Source of the DNA: Alphaproteobacteria bacterium
GTDB lineage: Bacteria; Pseudomonadota; Alphaproteobacteria; UBA828
Assembly: GCA_963422645.2 (NCBI GenBank)
Contig: CAXXVO010000007.1
Coordinates: forward strand, 544,001-608,000
DNA length: 64,000 bases
Direction: 5' to 3'
Positions within the stretch are counted from its first letter, which is position 1. Every line of letters starts with the position of its first letter. Shown here one piece after another: positions 1 through 11,912 of the stretch. The translations under genes were made by a program, and so were the position numbers. The notes under the pieces were generated by a model. It saw only the letters and a program-made list of their open reading frames with translations. It made no database searches and had not been told where the DNA came from.

Positions 1-456
1 ATACGCCTCGATCGTCGGGCGGAGCCTCGCTGGGTGCTCCGGCCAGCTATTGGCGGCATAGAGAGGTGCCGCGGCCTCGGTGCGGCAGGACGGATGGTCC
101 GGCATCCGTAGCGGCCCGAACGAGATCGATTCCTTCAGATCTGGCGGCGTCTCCACACCGATCGTCGCAGAAAGCTGCTCTGTGCCGAGCGGCTCGTAGC
201 CGCGCACGGCCATGTCGTCCTGCGCTCGCCTGATGGCCAGCTTCTCCTCCAGCGGCAGATCGAAGAACGCCCGCGATAAGCTGCGCGCCTGCTCGCAGAG
301 CGCCGGGTCCACCCCGTGGCCCGAGACCATGAAGAAGCCGATCCGCTCGCAGGCACGGCTGATCTCGTCCGCAACCCGCTTCTTGTCGGCGTGGCCGCCG
401 GCGAAATAGGGGCCGAGGTCGATGAGCGGAATCTCAGAGAGAGATCTGGTCGACAT
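1..456 (-). CDS. 2OG-Fe(II) oxygenase, isopenicillin N synthase-like family (runs off the window edge)
   Basis: Read manually: ATG at 456 after an AAGGAG RBS. MSTRSLSEIPLIDLGPYFAGG...ISRACERIGFFMVSGHGVDP is a DIOX_N-type N-terminus, paralogous to 6501..7520. Confidence 0.85.
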   Translation of the reverse strand, partial: MSTRSLSEIPLIDLGPYFAGGHADKKRVADEISRACERIGFFMVSGHGVDPALCEQARSLSRAFFDLPLEEKLAIRRAQDDMAVRGYEPLGTEQLSATIGVETPPDLKESISFGPLRMPDHPSCRTEAAAPLYAANSWPEHPARLRPTIEAY

Positions 457-546
457 GGAAGCTCCTTTCTCTGCGCTTCGGGCTTTCCGCCGTCATCCCC
501 GGCGCCTCGTGGCCTCGGGCCGGCGGCGCGGCTCGCGTCCTCCCGA

Positions 547-1461
547 CTATTCGGCGGCAGGCGCGCCCTGGGTCGTGCCGTTGAAGGGATGGCGGCGTTT
601 GAAGTCCTCGGCCATCTCGCGCATCGTGACCATGCGCACGCCGGTATGCGCCAGCATGTGGTCGAAGATCCGCTCCAGCATCATCAGGACCTGCGGCTTG
701 CCCGCGCAGTCGGGATGGATCACGCAGGTGTAGATCGCGTAGTCGTAGTGGCGGTAGATCCAGTCGAACTGGTCGCGCCAGATGTCCTCGACGTCGCGCG
801 GGTTCACCCAGCCGTGGCTGTTGGGAAAGGTCTTCACGAACATCATGGGCGGCGCATCGTCGAGGTACCAGCTCGCCGGCAGCTCGACGAGATCGACCGC
901 TTCGCCCGCGACCCAGGGCTTCATCCACGACGCGGCCTCCTGGGAATAGTCGATTTTGGTCCAGCTGTCGCCTGTGCGCAGATAGTGCGGCGTGTAATCG
1001 TCCTCCATGACGCTGCGGTCGTAGAGGAAGCCGCGCTCGAGCAGCAGGTCGATGGTGTTGGGGCTGAGCTCCCACCACGGCGCGACATAGCCCACGGGCC
1101 TGACGCCGCAGAGATCGGTCACCAGCTCGATGCATTTGTCGAGGACATCGGCCTCCTGCTGGCGGGACATGGCGAGCGGATTCTCATGGGTGTAGCCGTG
1201 CACGCCCAGCTCGTGGCCGTACTTCACGATCAATTCCGACTCTTTCGGGAAGCTCTCGATCGAGTGGCCGGTGATGTCCCACGTCGTCCTGATGCCGTAG
1301 CGGTCCATCATCTCCAGGATTCGCGGCACCCCCTGCCGCGCCGCAAAGACGCCGCGCGAGATGTCGCAGGGTGAATCGGCGCCGCCGAACGATCCGATCC
1401 AGAGCGAAACCGAATCGAAATGGGGATTGAAGCAAACCTGGATGTCTTTCTTCGTGGCCAT
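547..1461 (-). CDS. Polysaccharide deacetylase family protein (PuuE/HpPgdA-like)
   Basis: C-terminal part of the 1033-aa ORF, starting at MATKKDIQVCF after a GAGG RBS. Contains GHELGVHGYTHENP, GYVAPWWE and ELPASWYLDD motifs. Confidence 0.9.
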   Translation of the reverse strand: MATKKDIQVCFNPHFDSVSLWIGSFGGADSPCDISRGVFAARQGVPRILEMMDRYGIRTTWDITGHSIESFPKESELIVKYGHELGVHGYTHENPLAMSRQQEADVLDKCIELVTDLCGVRPVGYVAPWWELSPNTIDLLLERGFLYDRSVMEDDYTPHYLRTGDSWTKIDYSQEAASWMKPWVAGEAVDLVELPASWYLDDAPPMMFVKTFPNSHGWVNPRDVEDIWRDQFDWIYRHYDYAIYTCVIHPDCAGKPQVLMMLERIFDHMLAHTGVRMVTMREMAEDFKRRHPFNGTTQGAPAAE

Positions 1462-1547
1462 GATCTCGCCTCCCTCTGTCGCCGCAACGCGGCGGGTGTC
1501 GTCAGCCGGTGCCCCTGCCTCAAGCGTCCGCGCGCTCGCGGAGCGCG

Positions 1548-3679
1548 TTATGCATCTGCGCGCTCGCGGAGCGCGACGATGGCGCCGAGCAGCACGAGTC
1601 CGTAGATGATACTGCGCACGGCCTCCGGCAGCATCGTTCCCGTTAGCAGCGAGCCGAGCGCCGTGAACAGCAAGGCGCCGCCGAGGATGCCGACGAAGTG
1701 GCCGCGCCCGCCCGTAATGAGCGTGCCGCCGAGCACCACCACGGCAATCGACTGCAACAGGTATGGATCCCCCATCCCGAAGAACGCCTGCGCGCTGAAA
1801 CCCGAGAAGAGCACGCCCACCAGCGCGGAACAGAAGCCGCTCAGCATGTAGGCGCCGACGATGACGGAGCCTGTCCAGACGCCGGAGAGGCGCGCGACCG
1901 TGACGCTGTTGCCGACCGCGTAGAGCCGCCGCCCGAAGGCTGTCCGGTTGAGGAAGATCGTGGCTGCGATCGCGAAGGCGATCAGGAACCAGCCAATGGG
2001 CGCGATGCCGAGCAGCCGGCCCGAAACGAACCAGCGCAACACGGGCGGCGAGCCGCCGATCGGCGCACCGTCGCTGAAGATGAGCGAAATGCCTTCGAGC
2101 ATGCCCGCCATCGCCAACGTGACGATGATAGGTGACAGCCTGAACAGCACGATCATGAGGCCGTTCAGAAAGCCGATCGCAAGGCCGATCGCCAGCGCGA
2201 GCGGCACCGCCCAATAGGCCGGACCGTCCTCGCCGAAGCAGTAGGTGGTGACGACGATCGCGGGGAAGGTGATGGCCCAGGCGACCGAGAGGTCGAGCCC
2301 GCCGGAAATGATGACCGCGCCCTGCCCGAGACCCAGGATTGCGAGAAAGGCCGTGAACAGCAGGAGGACGTTGAGATAGTCGAGCGCCGACAGGTTCTCC
2401 CCGAAAATCACCACCGTGGCGATCACGATCACGGCGAACATGGCGTAAGTGGGCGTGATGTAGCGCAGCGTGGCCTGGTTGCGAGTGAACCAACCTGCAG
2501 CCGGGCGGGTCAGGTCGGAACCGCCGCGCGCGGCCGCCCGGCCCAGCAGATCCTGCAATAGCCCCTGGCCTCCCGCCGTCACGCTTGTTGCCGGGCCCGC
2601 CGCAAGGGCCCGCGTACTGAGCGCACGCCGCCAGCCGCGCACGGTTTCGACCACCGGCAGGTCCCTGCTCAGTGAAAGGCCGAGAACCGCGAGGATCAGG
2701 ATGGCACCCTCGGCGAGCGGCACGTACCAGGTGCGCATGCCGAGAAGGAGGAAGATCGTCAGGATGATCGTGAGCGTCAGTGCACCGAATATGGAGCCGA
2801 CGCAGCCGCCGCGCCCGCCACCGATCAGCGTCCCGCCGATGACCACCGCCGCAAAAATCTTGAGCAGAAACTTGGCGCCGATCAGCGGGTCGGCGGAGCC
2901 TATCTGGGCCGTCATGAACATGCCGGCGGCGCCGTAACAGACGCCGGCGATGGTGTAGGTCCAGAACTTCGTCATCCGCACGTCGGTGCCGCTCGCCAGC
3001 GCCGACTTCTCGTCGCTGCCGATGGCATAGATGCCTGTGCCCAGGCGCGAGTTGCGAAGCGCCAGCCACAACACGATGACGATCGCGAGCACGAGGATCG
3101 GAGCAGGCAACACCCCGGCGATGGCCTCGCCGGTGAAGAACATGCTGAATTCCCACGGCGCCTCGCCCCCTGCATGGGCCATCACCAGCAGGGCCGCGCC
3201 TTGCGCAATGAACATAGTGGCAAGCGTCACGACGATTGCCGACAGACCGAGAAAGGCTATGAGGAAGCCGTTGATCGCGCCGATCGCCCCGCCCACCGCG
3301 AGCGCGAGCGCGAGCGCCGCCCCGATGAACTCGGCGCCCGAGAGCGCGGCAACATCGGAAGAGAACTCGGAGCCGCCGCCGAGGAACTGAATGATCATGA
3401 CGTTGACGAGCGAGATCACCGCGCCTGCGGACAGGTCGAAGCCGCCGGCGAGGATGACGATGGTCTCGCCGACAGCGGCGAGCGCGAGCGTGGTGGCTCC
3501 GGTGACGATGGAGCTCACGTCGAAATAGCTGATCCCTTCGCCCTTGATGAGCTGCAGGATGATCAGCATCACCAGAAAAACGCCGACCGAAATCAGCAGG
3601 CCACGCTGACGGTTCCAACTCACCGCCGGCAAGCCGACGCGGAGCCACCGCGACGGCGGCGGCAGCAGCGATCGGTCGC

Positions 3680-3683
<4 letters not shown>
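1548..3683 (-). CDS. Sugar-type ABC transporter permease with two fused BPD_transp_2 domains
   Basis: 711 aa, hydrophobic, with two GG(F/L)DLS and two AVV(I/L)GGT motif sets. Confidence 0.92.
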
Positions 3684-5215
<1,532 letters not shown>

Positions 5216-5228
5216 GGCAGCGCGTCAA

Positions 5229-5300
5229 GCCTGTTGGAGGCGTTCGTGCGAGACCCGCTTGCGCAGGTCCCGCACGGGACAGAGTGCCTCCCTGTCAGGC
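5229..5300. promoter_or_regulatory. Intergenic stem-loop after the binding-protein gene (possible mRNA stabiliser)
   Basis: Imperfect arms GCCTG..GGAGGC..GTGCG and CGCAC..GCCTCC..CAGGC. Confidence 0.4.
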
Positions 5301-5306
5301 CGACTA

Positions 5307-6431
5307 CTACTGACCCTCCGGTACCTTGCCCTCGAGCGCCGAGAACAGATCGAGCTCGCTGACCCAGGGATGCCAGACATCGACGAAGTAGTTCGGCGGC
5401 ACCCCGAGATCCGGATGGTAGGTGTTGCAGTTACGCTCGAGCAGCTCCTCGCGCGTCCCCTCGGTGCACACAACCACCTGGCCCGGCTCGACCAGCGGCA
5501 TCGGCACCTGGGTGAAACGCGGAGGCTCCGCACCGCCGTCGGCGTAGGCCACGGCGATCTTGAGAGCGTATGCCCCCAGCCAGTTGGGCGAGCCCATGGA
5601 GCTGCTCTTCATGCCCAGCGCACCCGGCACTGTGCCGGGCTCGGCGATGGCAATGCGATGGCCGTTGGTGCCGTTGCCGGCGCAGGGCACGAGCTGGTCC
5701 GCCCGGCCTGCCTCGACCTGGATTTGCGAGAGCATGTAGCAGCCGACCTGGGTCCACAGCCCGTCGATGTTGTCCCAGCCGTGGGTGGCGACGATCTTGG
5801 TCAGCTCCTGCCTGGCGTGGGCGTTGTTCCAGTTGCTGTAGGCATGAACCAGGATTTCGATGTCGGGGTATTGGGAGAAGACCTCCATGGCGCCGTCGGT
5901 GCGGGCGTGATCGATGTAGTGCCCGGGGTAACCGCCCATGACTATGATGCTGCCCTCGCCGCCAAGCTCCTCGGCCAGATACTCCGCGGGTCCAGCGCCG
6001 GCCCAGGTCTGATCGAGGCCGATGTGGTAGGCGCAGGGCTCTGTCACCGATGCGTCGAAGGTCATTACGATGATGCCCCTCTGGCACGCCTGACGAATCG
6101 AGCGATTGAGCGCAGTGCGCGAGTTCGGCCACAGGATGATGATATCGGCATCGCCCTGAACCATGGCGTTGACCTGCTGGATTTGGGTCTGAATATCGGC
6201 CCGCGCAGATTGCATGTTGAGCTCCACTCGATCCTTGAAGGCCTTGGTCTTGGCCATGGAGCGGATGAGGTTCTGCGCCGCATCCATCCAGGTGTTGCCC
6301 TCGAATCCCACGCTCACGAAAACCTTGTACTTGTCGTCCTGAGCCGCCGCCGGCGACGGGCCGAAGATGCCGGTCACCGCCAGTGCCAGGGCAGCGATCG
6401 CTAGCACTGCGAGTCTCGCCCGTTTGATCAT
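5307..6431 (-). CDS. Sugar ABC transporter periplasmic binding protein
   Basis: Signal peptide, Peripla_BP_4-like sequence, first gene of the ABC operon. Confidence 0.9.
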   Translation of the reverse strand: MIKRARLAVLAIAALALAVTGIFGPSPAAAQDDKYKVFVSVGFEGNTWMDAAQNLIRSMAKTKAFKDRVELNMQSARADIQTQIQQVNAMVQGDADIIILWPNSRTALNRSIRQACQRGIIVMTFDASVTEPCAYHIGLDQTWAGAGPAEYLAEELGGEGSIIVMGGYPGHYIDHARTDGAMEVFSQYPDIEILVHAYSNWNNAHARQELTKIVATHGWDNIDGLWTQVGCYMLSQIQVEAGRADQLVPCAGNGTNGHRIAIAEPGTVPGALGMKSSSMGSPNWLGAYALKIAVAYADGGAEPPRFTQVPMPLVEPGQVVVCTEGTREELLERNCNTYHPDLGVPPNYFVDVWHPWVSELDLFSALEGKVPEGQ

Positions 6432-6500
6432 GATTCCCTCCCCTTGGTTATGAGCCTCTTGGCGGCTCTCTTGTCGTTGCTTGACGTATCGCCCGGCGCC

Positions 6501-7520
6501 TCAGGGCTGATCGGATGCCCGTTCGCCCGAGGCACCAATGGCGGTCATCATCAGGAACTTGTCGAGCAGGTTCTTGCCCGTGGTGACCGGCGGGTACTTG
6601 GCCGGATTGTCCGCGCTCTGGCAGGCCGGGAAGCACTCGATGACGGTGTCGTAGTTCGTATAGAAGAAGATCATCGACTGCCGGCGGCTGTCGTTCGCCA
6701 GATTCCGCGGCGGGTTGACGACCCGGTGCAGGGTGGAGACCCAGCGGTCGTTGGTCCACATCTGCATCTGGTCGCCGAGATTGATGCTAAAGGCGTTGGG
6801 CACGACAGGCACGTCCACCCATTCGCCGTCGCGGTTCATCGCCTGAAGACCGCCGGGCCTGTCCTCGATCGCGCAGATCGTGCAGGCGCCGAAGTCGGAA
6901 TGCGCGCTGGCGCGAAACTGGTCTTCCAGAGGCTGCTCCGGCTGATCCGGGTAGTTGAGGACCCGGAACTGGCTGACATGCTTGTCGACCCGAGTATCGA
7001 AATAGCCTTCGTCGAGATCGAGGGCGCTGGCGAAGATGCGCATCAGCGTGAAAGCGAGCTGCTCCATCGCGTCCCAATAGGCGAGCCACGTCTCCTTGAG
7101 CTCAGGAGGGCGCGCCGGCCAGCGGTTCTCGACGAAGTGCTGGCCGGCCTCGGCGCAGTGGTAGTAGGGCTCGTCCGGCACATCGGGCGGTCCGATGGTC
7201 AGCGATTCCTTGAGGTCTCCGGGGCCCCGCTCGCCGCGGCTCTCGGCCAGGCATTCCTTGAGGGCGGGGCTGTAGCCCCTGATGACGTCGTCCGCCCAGC
7301 GCTCGATCGTCATCTTCTCCGCCAACGGCAGATCGAAGAAGCGCCGGCTGACGTCGTGGGTCGCCCCGGTCAGCGCCGGGTCGATCCCGTGGCCGGTGAT
7401 GACGAAGAAACCGATATCCTCGCACGCCTGCTTGACCTCGGCCGCCACGCGCGCCTTGCCCTCGCGCTCGCCGCCGAGAAACGGCGAGACGTCGATAACG
7501 GGAACCTGGCGAAGGGTCAT
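6501..7520 (-). CDS. 2OG-Fe(II) oxygenase, isopenicillin N synthase-like family
   Basis: VPVIDVSP, GFFVITGHG, HSD...H iron ligands (HSDFG, STLHRV) and RQS 2OG-binding motif. Confidence 0.93.
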   Translation of the reverse strand: MTLRQVPVIDVSPFLGGEREGKARVAAEVKQACEDIGFFVITGHGIDPALTGATHDVSRRFFDLPLAEKMTIERWADDVIRGYSPALKECLAESRGERGPGDLKESLTIGPPDVPDEPYYHCAEAGQHFVENRWPARPPELKETWLAYWDAMEQLAFTLMRIFASALDLDEGYFDTRVDKHVSQFRVLNYPDQPEQPLEDQFRASAHSDFGACTICAIEDRPGGLQAMNRDGEWVDVPVVPNAFSINLGDQMQMWTNDRWVSTLHRVVNPPRNLANDSRRQSMIFFYTNYDTVIECFPACQSADNPAKYPPVTTGKNLLDKFLMMTAIGASGERASDQP

Positions 7521-7609
7521 GCTTCAGCCCTCGTGTCCCGGTAGACGCAAAAGCTTGCCCGTTCGCGCGTTAACCCGTCAAGGCGCAATCGTGCCGTCGC
7601 GGTCTGCGC

Positions 7610-8470
7610 TCAGTCGGTATCGTTCTCGATTTGGGGGAGGGAGCGCACGTAGGCGAGGATCGCGCTGAGGTCCCGGCGGTCCATCGTGGCGTAGCGCTCG
7701 TAGGGCATCGGCGGACCAAGCTCATCGCCGTCGGGCCTTAGCCCCTTGGTGATAGCCGTGCGCATCTTGCGGCTGTTCCAGCGGCCGAGGCCAGTATCCC
7801 AGTCCGGCGTGATGTTGCGGGCCACGGTCTCGCCCCACGGCCCCTCCATCTCGTGGCCGCCGGCGCCGAGCATGTTCTCGTAGTCCCGCCAGCCGTCCGC
7901 GATCGGGGTATGGCAGTACGTGCAGTTGGCCATTGGGCCCGATAGATAGGCGCCGTAGGCGCCGAGATCGTAATAGGCGACCTCGGGCACCTCGCCGAGC
8001 GGCGGGCCGTAGTCGGCGGGCAAGTCGATGTCGTACTCGGAGGCCGGCACCTCGTTCCTGATCGGCGGGATGGAGCGCAGATAGGCGACGATGGCTTGCG
8101 CATCCCGATCCGAAATGCCGCGGTAGAGCCTAATTGGCATTGCGGGGCCGATGAGGGAGCCGTCCGGTCGCTTGCCCTCGCGGATCGCAACGATGATCTC
8201 CCCGTCGCTCCAGCCACCAATGCCAGTTTCGACATCGGGCGTGATGTTCGACGCGTAGGCCGTGTACTCGTCCTCCTCGAACATCAGGCCGCCAGCCATG
8301 TGCATATCGGCGAGCTGACCGTCCTCGTCCCACGGCGTGTGACAAACCGGGCAGGCGGCGACGCTCTTCATCAGATACGTCCCCCGCTCGAGAGGGGTCT
8401 CGGCGGCGCTCGTCCCGGCAAGCAGCAGCGCTGCCAGCATGACCGTAGCGGTCGCTGCAATCGTTCTCAT
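7610..8470 (-). CDS. Diheme cytochrome c
   Basis: Signal peptide, CPVCH and CTYCH heme sites, repeated NITPD.TG.G.WS motif. Confidence 0.9.
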   Translation of the reverse strand: MRTIAATATVMLAALLLAGTSAAETPLERGTYLMKSVAACPVCHTPWDEDGQLADMHMAGGLMFEEDEYTAYASNITPDVETGIGGWSDGEIIVAIREGKRPDGSLIGPAMPIRLYRGISDRDAQAIVAYLRSIPPIRNEVPASEYDIDLPADYGPPLGEVPEVAYYDLGAYGAYLSGPMANCTYCHTPIADGWRDYENMLGAGGHEMEGPWGETVARNITPDWDTGLGRWNSRKMRTAITKGLRPDGDELGPPMPYERYATMDRRDLSAILAYVRSLPQIENDTD

Positions 8471-8761
8471 GGCGGCCTCCCACCGGCGGAGCCACCTCCC
8501 CGCTTCACAGGGAAGCGGCGCGCCCGAATACCGCAACGGTAGCACGGGAATCCGCCCGCGGCGTCCTCACTTCTGTGCCGGCACGACCTTGCCGGCGTCC
8601 GCGACCCGCCGGGCGGGAACATCGACGTCGCGGCACTTATTCCAGCTTCTCTTGCGCCAGTGCGGGCGCTATGCTCGCGCCATTCGGAACGATAGGGCCC
8701 GATCGTGCGGAAAACAAAAAGAGGGTAAGCCGGCACAGCGAGGCCACGCAGGAGGCGACCG

Positions 8762-9853
8762 ATGACCAAGCCAGTGCTGAACCTGACGGGCGATCCCGGG
8801 GATCGGGGCCGTGCCCACGGCGAGATCATGTCGAAGGAGATCGGCCAAAACCTCGAGCGCTATCTCAAGCGGTTCCAGATTCTGGGCTTCGAGAAGGATG
8901 CGCTGATGGCCGAATCCGCAAATTGGGCCGAGGCGTTGAGGCCGAAAGACCCGATCTTCTGGGACGAGATCGACGGCGTGGTCGAGGGCTCAGGGCGCAG
9001 CCTGGAGGAGATCACCCTTCTCAACGTGCGCTACGAAATGCTCGTCAACATGATGAAGAGCAATGCTCAGGCGCAGTTCCAGCCCACCGCCATGGACGCC
9101 TGCACCTCCTTCGCGGTGCTGCCCGAGCGCTCGAAGAATGGCGACACCATGATCGGGCAGAACTGGGATTGGGTGAAGGACATCAACACCGTGGTCTCGC
9201 GGGTGCATCGGGACGACGGGCCGGACTTCATCCATATCGGCGAGGTCGGCACCATCGGCGGCCTTCAGGGCGTCAACGAGAATGGCATCGGCGTGGTCAT
9301 AAATGCGCTGCTGACGCCGGAGGACGGCAAGTACGAATACGAGAAGCCCTACCGCATGCGCGTGCGCGACATCCTCAACGCCCGCAACATGCAGGAGGCG
9401 ATCCTCGGCGTGTGCGGCACCAACCGCTCGGTCAGCATGAACTTCCTCATCGCCCATGAGGACGGCATCGCAATCGACATCGAGACCAGCCCCGACAAGG
9501 AGGCCTTCATTTATCCCGAGGACGGGCTGCTCACCCACTCCAACCACTTCTGCGAACTGGATGTGGAATCGGAGGTGGTGAAGCTCTGGCCCAACACCAT
9601 GTACCGCCACGTGCGCCTGGAGCGGCTGCTGCGCCAGTCGCAGGAGCTGGAAGTCTCCACCATCAAGTCGGCGATGGCGGACCACTTCGCCTATCCGCAC
9701 TCGATCTGCGCACACTATGACGAGGACGAGGCGGAGACGCTGCGGCTGCAGAGCAACCATTCGATCATGATTTCGCTGAAGCAGCGGTCGCTCCACATTA
9801 CCGACACGCATCCCTGCGAGTCCGAGTACGAGGAGTATTCGCTCGCCGCCTGA
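8762..9853 (+). CDS. C45 family peptidase / Ntn acyltransferase (AAT-like)
   Basis: DACTS autocleavage site, GQNWDW, GVNENG, THSNHF and SICAH motifs. Confidence 0.9.
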   Translation: MTKPVLNLTGDPGDRGRAHGEIMSKEIGQNLERYLKRFQILGFEKDALMAESANWAEALRPKDPIFWDEIDGVVEGSGRSLEEITLLNVRYEMLVNMMKSNAQAQFQPTAMDACTSFAVLPERSKNGDTMIGQNWDWVKDINTVVSRVHRDDGPDFIHIGEVGTIGGLQGVNENGIGVVINALLTPEDGKYEYEKPYRMRVRDILNARNMQEAILGVCGTNRSVSMNFLIAHEDGIAIDIETSPDKEAFIYPEDGLLTHSNHFCELDVESEVVKLWPNTMYRHVRLERLLRQSQELEVSTIKSAMADHFAYPHSICAHYDEDEAETLRLQSNHSIMISLKQRSLHITDTHPCESEYEEYSLAA

Positions 9854-9940
9854 TGGGCGGACTTGCGAGAGCGGTATCCAGTGGCCCGGCGGCGCACGGC
9901 GCGTCGCCGGGCCTCGCCGTTCAGGCCCCAGGAGGGCGCC

Positions 9941-10282
9941 ATGTGTGCGTTCTGCGCGATGATGGCCGACGGCACCGTCCACTGGACCGAGGCCGGCACC
10001 AACGCCGGCCAGGGCCGCGCGCCCGAGAGCGGGCGCGAGCGCTACCTCGGTCGGCTGCGCCGTGTCTCGCTGGTCAACCGCATCCTCGATCACTACGGCT
10101 GCCAGGCCTCGGACTGGGCCAACAACCAATACGTCGTCCGCAGCCGCGCCGGCCGCACGACCATGGTGGCGCACTTGCCCCAGGTCTGGGCGGCAGCAGA
10201 GGAAATCGCCGGGCGCCCACTCGACCCCCTGGATCCGGCGCTGCCCAATTCACTGCGCCACTCCACGCCCGTGCCGCGTTAA
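9941..10282 (+). CDS. Small hypothetical protein with N-terminal CxxC
   Basis: ATG at 9941 after GGAG. MCAFCAMM...HWTE...GRPLDPLDP resembles small proteins recurrent in catabolic clusters. Confidence 0.65.
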   Translation: MCAFCAMMADGTVHWTEAGTNAGQGRAPESGRERYLGRLRRVSLVNRILDHYGCQASDWANNQYVVRSRAGRTTMVAHLPQVWAAAEEIAGRPLDPLDPALPNSLRHSTPVPR

Positions 10283-10373
10283 ACAGGCAAAGACGGATCG
10301 ACCGAAGCGGACGGCGCCACACCGTTCAACCCCGCCGAATCCGACATTGTTCCACCGCGCGAAAGACGCACCG

Positions 10374-10960
10374 ATGGGCGGACTGGAATCGGGACAGCCC
10401 GCGCTGGCGGTGGTCGATATGCAGAACGATTTCGTCGACCACGATGTCGGCTCTTACGCGATCGGAGCAGAGCGGAACGTGACGCGGGTCGGCCGGGTGG
10501 TGGCCGCGGCCCGGCGCGCACGAGCGCCGGTGGTGTTCAGCCAGGAGGTGTAGCGGGCCGACGGGGTCGGCGGCGGGCGTCTCCTCCGGGATGGGCGGAG
10601 CGGCTGGTTCACCGGCAAGCGTCCCAGCGCCGCGCACGGAGAGCCGCCGGCACCGCCCTGCATCGAAGGCGCGAAGGGCTTTGAGATCGTCGACGAGCTG
10701 GCGCCCGAGCCTGGCGACATCCGCATTCTCAAGGGGCGCTTCAGCATCTTCGTCGGCACCGAGCTCGACATGATCCTGCGGCGCATCGGCGTCGACACGC
10801 TGCTGACCGCAGGCGTGTGCGGCGGCGTCAGCATGCTGTGGACCGCGGGCGACGCCTATCAGCGTAACCACAAGGTGCACGTGTTGGAGGACTGCGTGGC
10901 CGGCGCCAGTCCGCAAGGCCACGACGCGGCGCTCACGCTCACCCGGCGCTCACCAATGCC
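10374..10960 (+). pseudogene. Isochorismatase-family cysteine hydrolase with in-frame TAG
   Basis: ALAVVDMQNDF...QEV*RADG...KGRFSIFVGTELD...AGVCGGVSM...DAYQR...LEDCVAG in one frame; stop at 10551-10553. End coordinate approximate. Confidence 0.8.
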
Positions 10961-11005
10961 GGCAGGTTGCCGAGGGGCCGCGCAGCCCACCGGACGGCGG
11001 ACCGC

Positions 11006-11093
11006 GGAGGGGTGCCGGAGTGGTCGAACGGGGCGGTCTCGAAAACCGCGGCATGCGTGAGCGTACCGTGGGTTCAAATCGTCCCCTCCGCCA
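11006..11093 (+). tRNA. tRNA-Ser(CGA) with defective T-stem
   Basis: Acceptor stem GGAGGGG/CCCCTCC, G discriminator plus CCA, anticodon arm GCGGT-CTCGAAA-ACCGC, long variable arm. The 3' strand of the T-stem is CGT instead of CCCAC. Confidence 0.85.
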
Positions 11094-11246
11094 CCCATCT
11101 AAATGTAACTACCCAGGTACCCCAATCCTGAGTTGAGGACGGTGATTATGGCGGCGGCCGCGGCCTGGTTCTGCCACCGCGATTGGTTCTTGACCTCATA
11201 GAGTTGCGGGACTATGGACTGCTCTCTCGCGTGACGGGAGCGGTCC

Positions 11247-11912
11247 ATGGGGTATTTCGGCTCGAAGGCGACAGCAGGTCTGTGCCAAGCGCTGATTGCG
11301 CTGATGCCGCCGCACTCCGTCTACATCGAAAGCCACCTTGGGGGCGGGGCGCTGATGAAGCGCAAGCCGCCGGCCGTGCGTTCGATCGGCATCGACCGCG
11401 ATGCGCAGGCGCTCGAGGCCTTCGTCTGCGACTACCCGGTCGATCTGGTTCACGGCTGTGCCCATGACTTCCTGGCCTCGTTCCCGTTCCTGGGCCCGGA
11501 GCTGGTTTACAGCGATCCGCCCTATCTGCACGCGACCCGCCGCTCGGCGCAGCGCTACCGCTTCGAGTACGAGGAGGCCGGCCACGTCGCGCTTCTCGCG
11601 CTGCTCAAGGCTCTGCCCTGCCAGGTCATGATCTCGGGCCATCCGTCGGCGCTCTATGACGAGGTGCTGGCGGGATGGCGCCGGCTGGCGCTGCAGGTCA
11701 CGACCCAGGGTCTGGTGCGAACCGAGGTCGTCTGGTTCAACTACGCCCCCGACCGGATGCATTGGGCCAGCCACGCAGGCCGGAACTTCACCGACCGCCA
11801 GCGCATCAAGCGCAAGGCAGCCAACTGGGGCCGGCGCTACCAGGCCTTGCCGCCGGGCGAACGCCTCGCCGTGCTCGCCGCCATGATGGCCGTCGAGGCC
11901 GAAGACACGTGA
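11247..11912 (+). CDS. Compact DNA adenine methyltransferase (Dam/D12-like)
   Basis: YFGSK, YIESHLGGGA (SAM motif I) and SDPPY (motif IV); 221 aa. Confidence 0.85.
   Translation: MGYFGSKATAGLCQALIALMPPHSVYIESHLGGGALMKRKPPAVRSIGIDRDAQALEAFVCDYPVDLVHGCAHDFLASFPFLGPELVYSDPPYLHATRRSAQRYRFEYEEAGHVALLALLKALPCQVMISGHPSALYDEVLAGWRRLALQVTTQGLVRTEVVWFNYAPDRMHWASHAGRNFTDRQRIKRKAANWGRRYQALPPGERLAVLAAMMAVEAEDT

Noticed and set aside
10551-10553. Amber readthrough or pyrrolysine in the cysteine hydrolase
   Set aside because: No pyl genes, and the neighbouring tRNA has anticodon CGA, not CUA. The catalytic-Cys region also looks degenerate, so a pseudogene is simpler.
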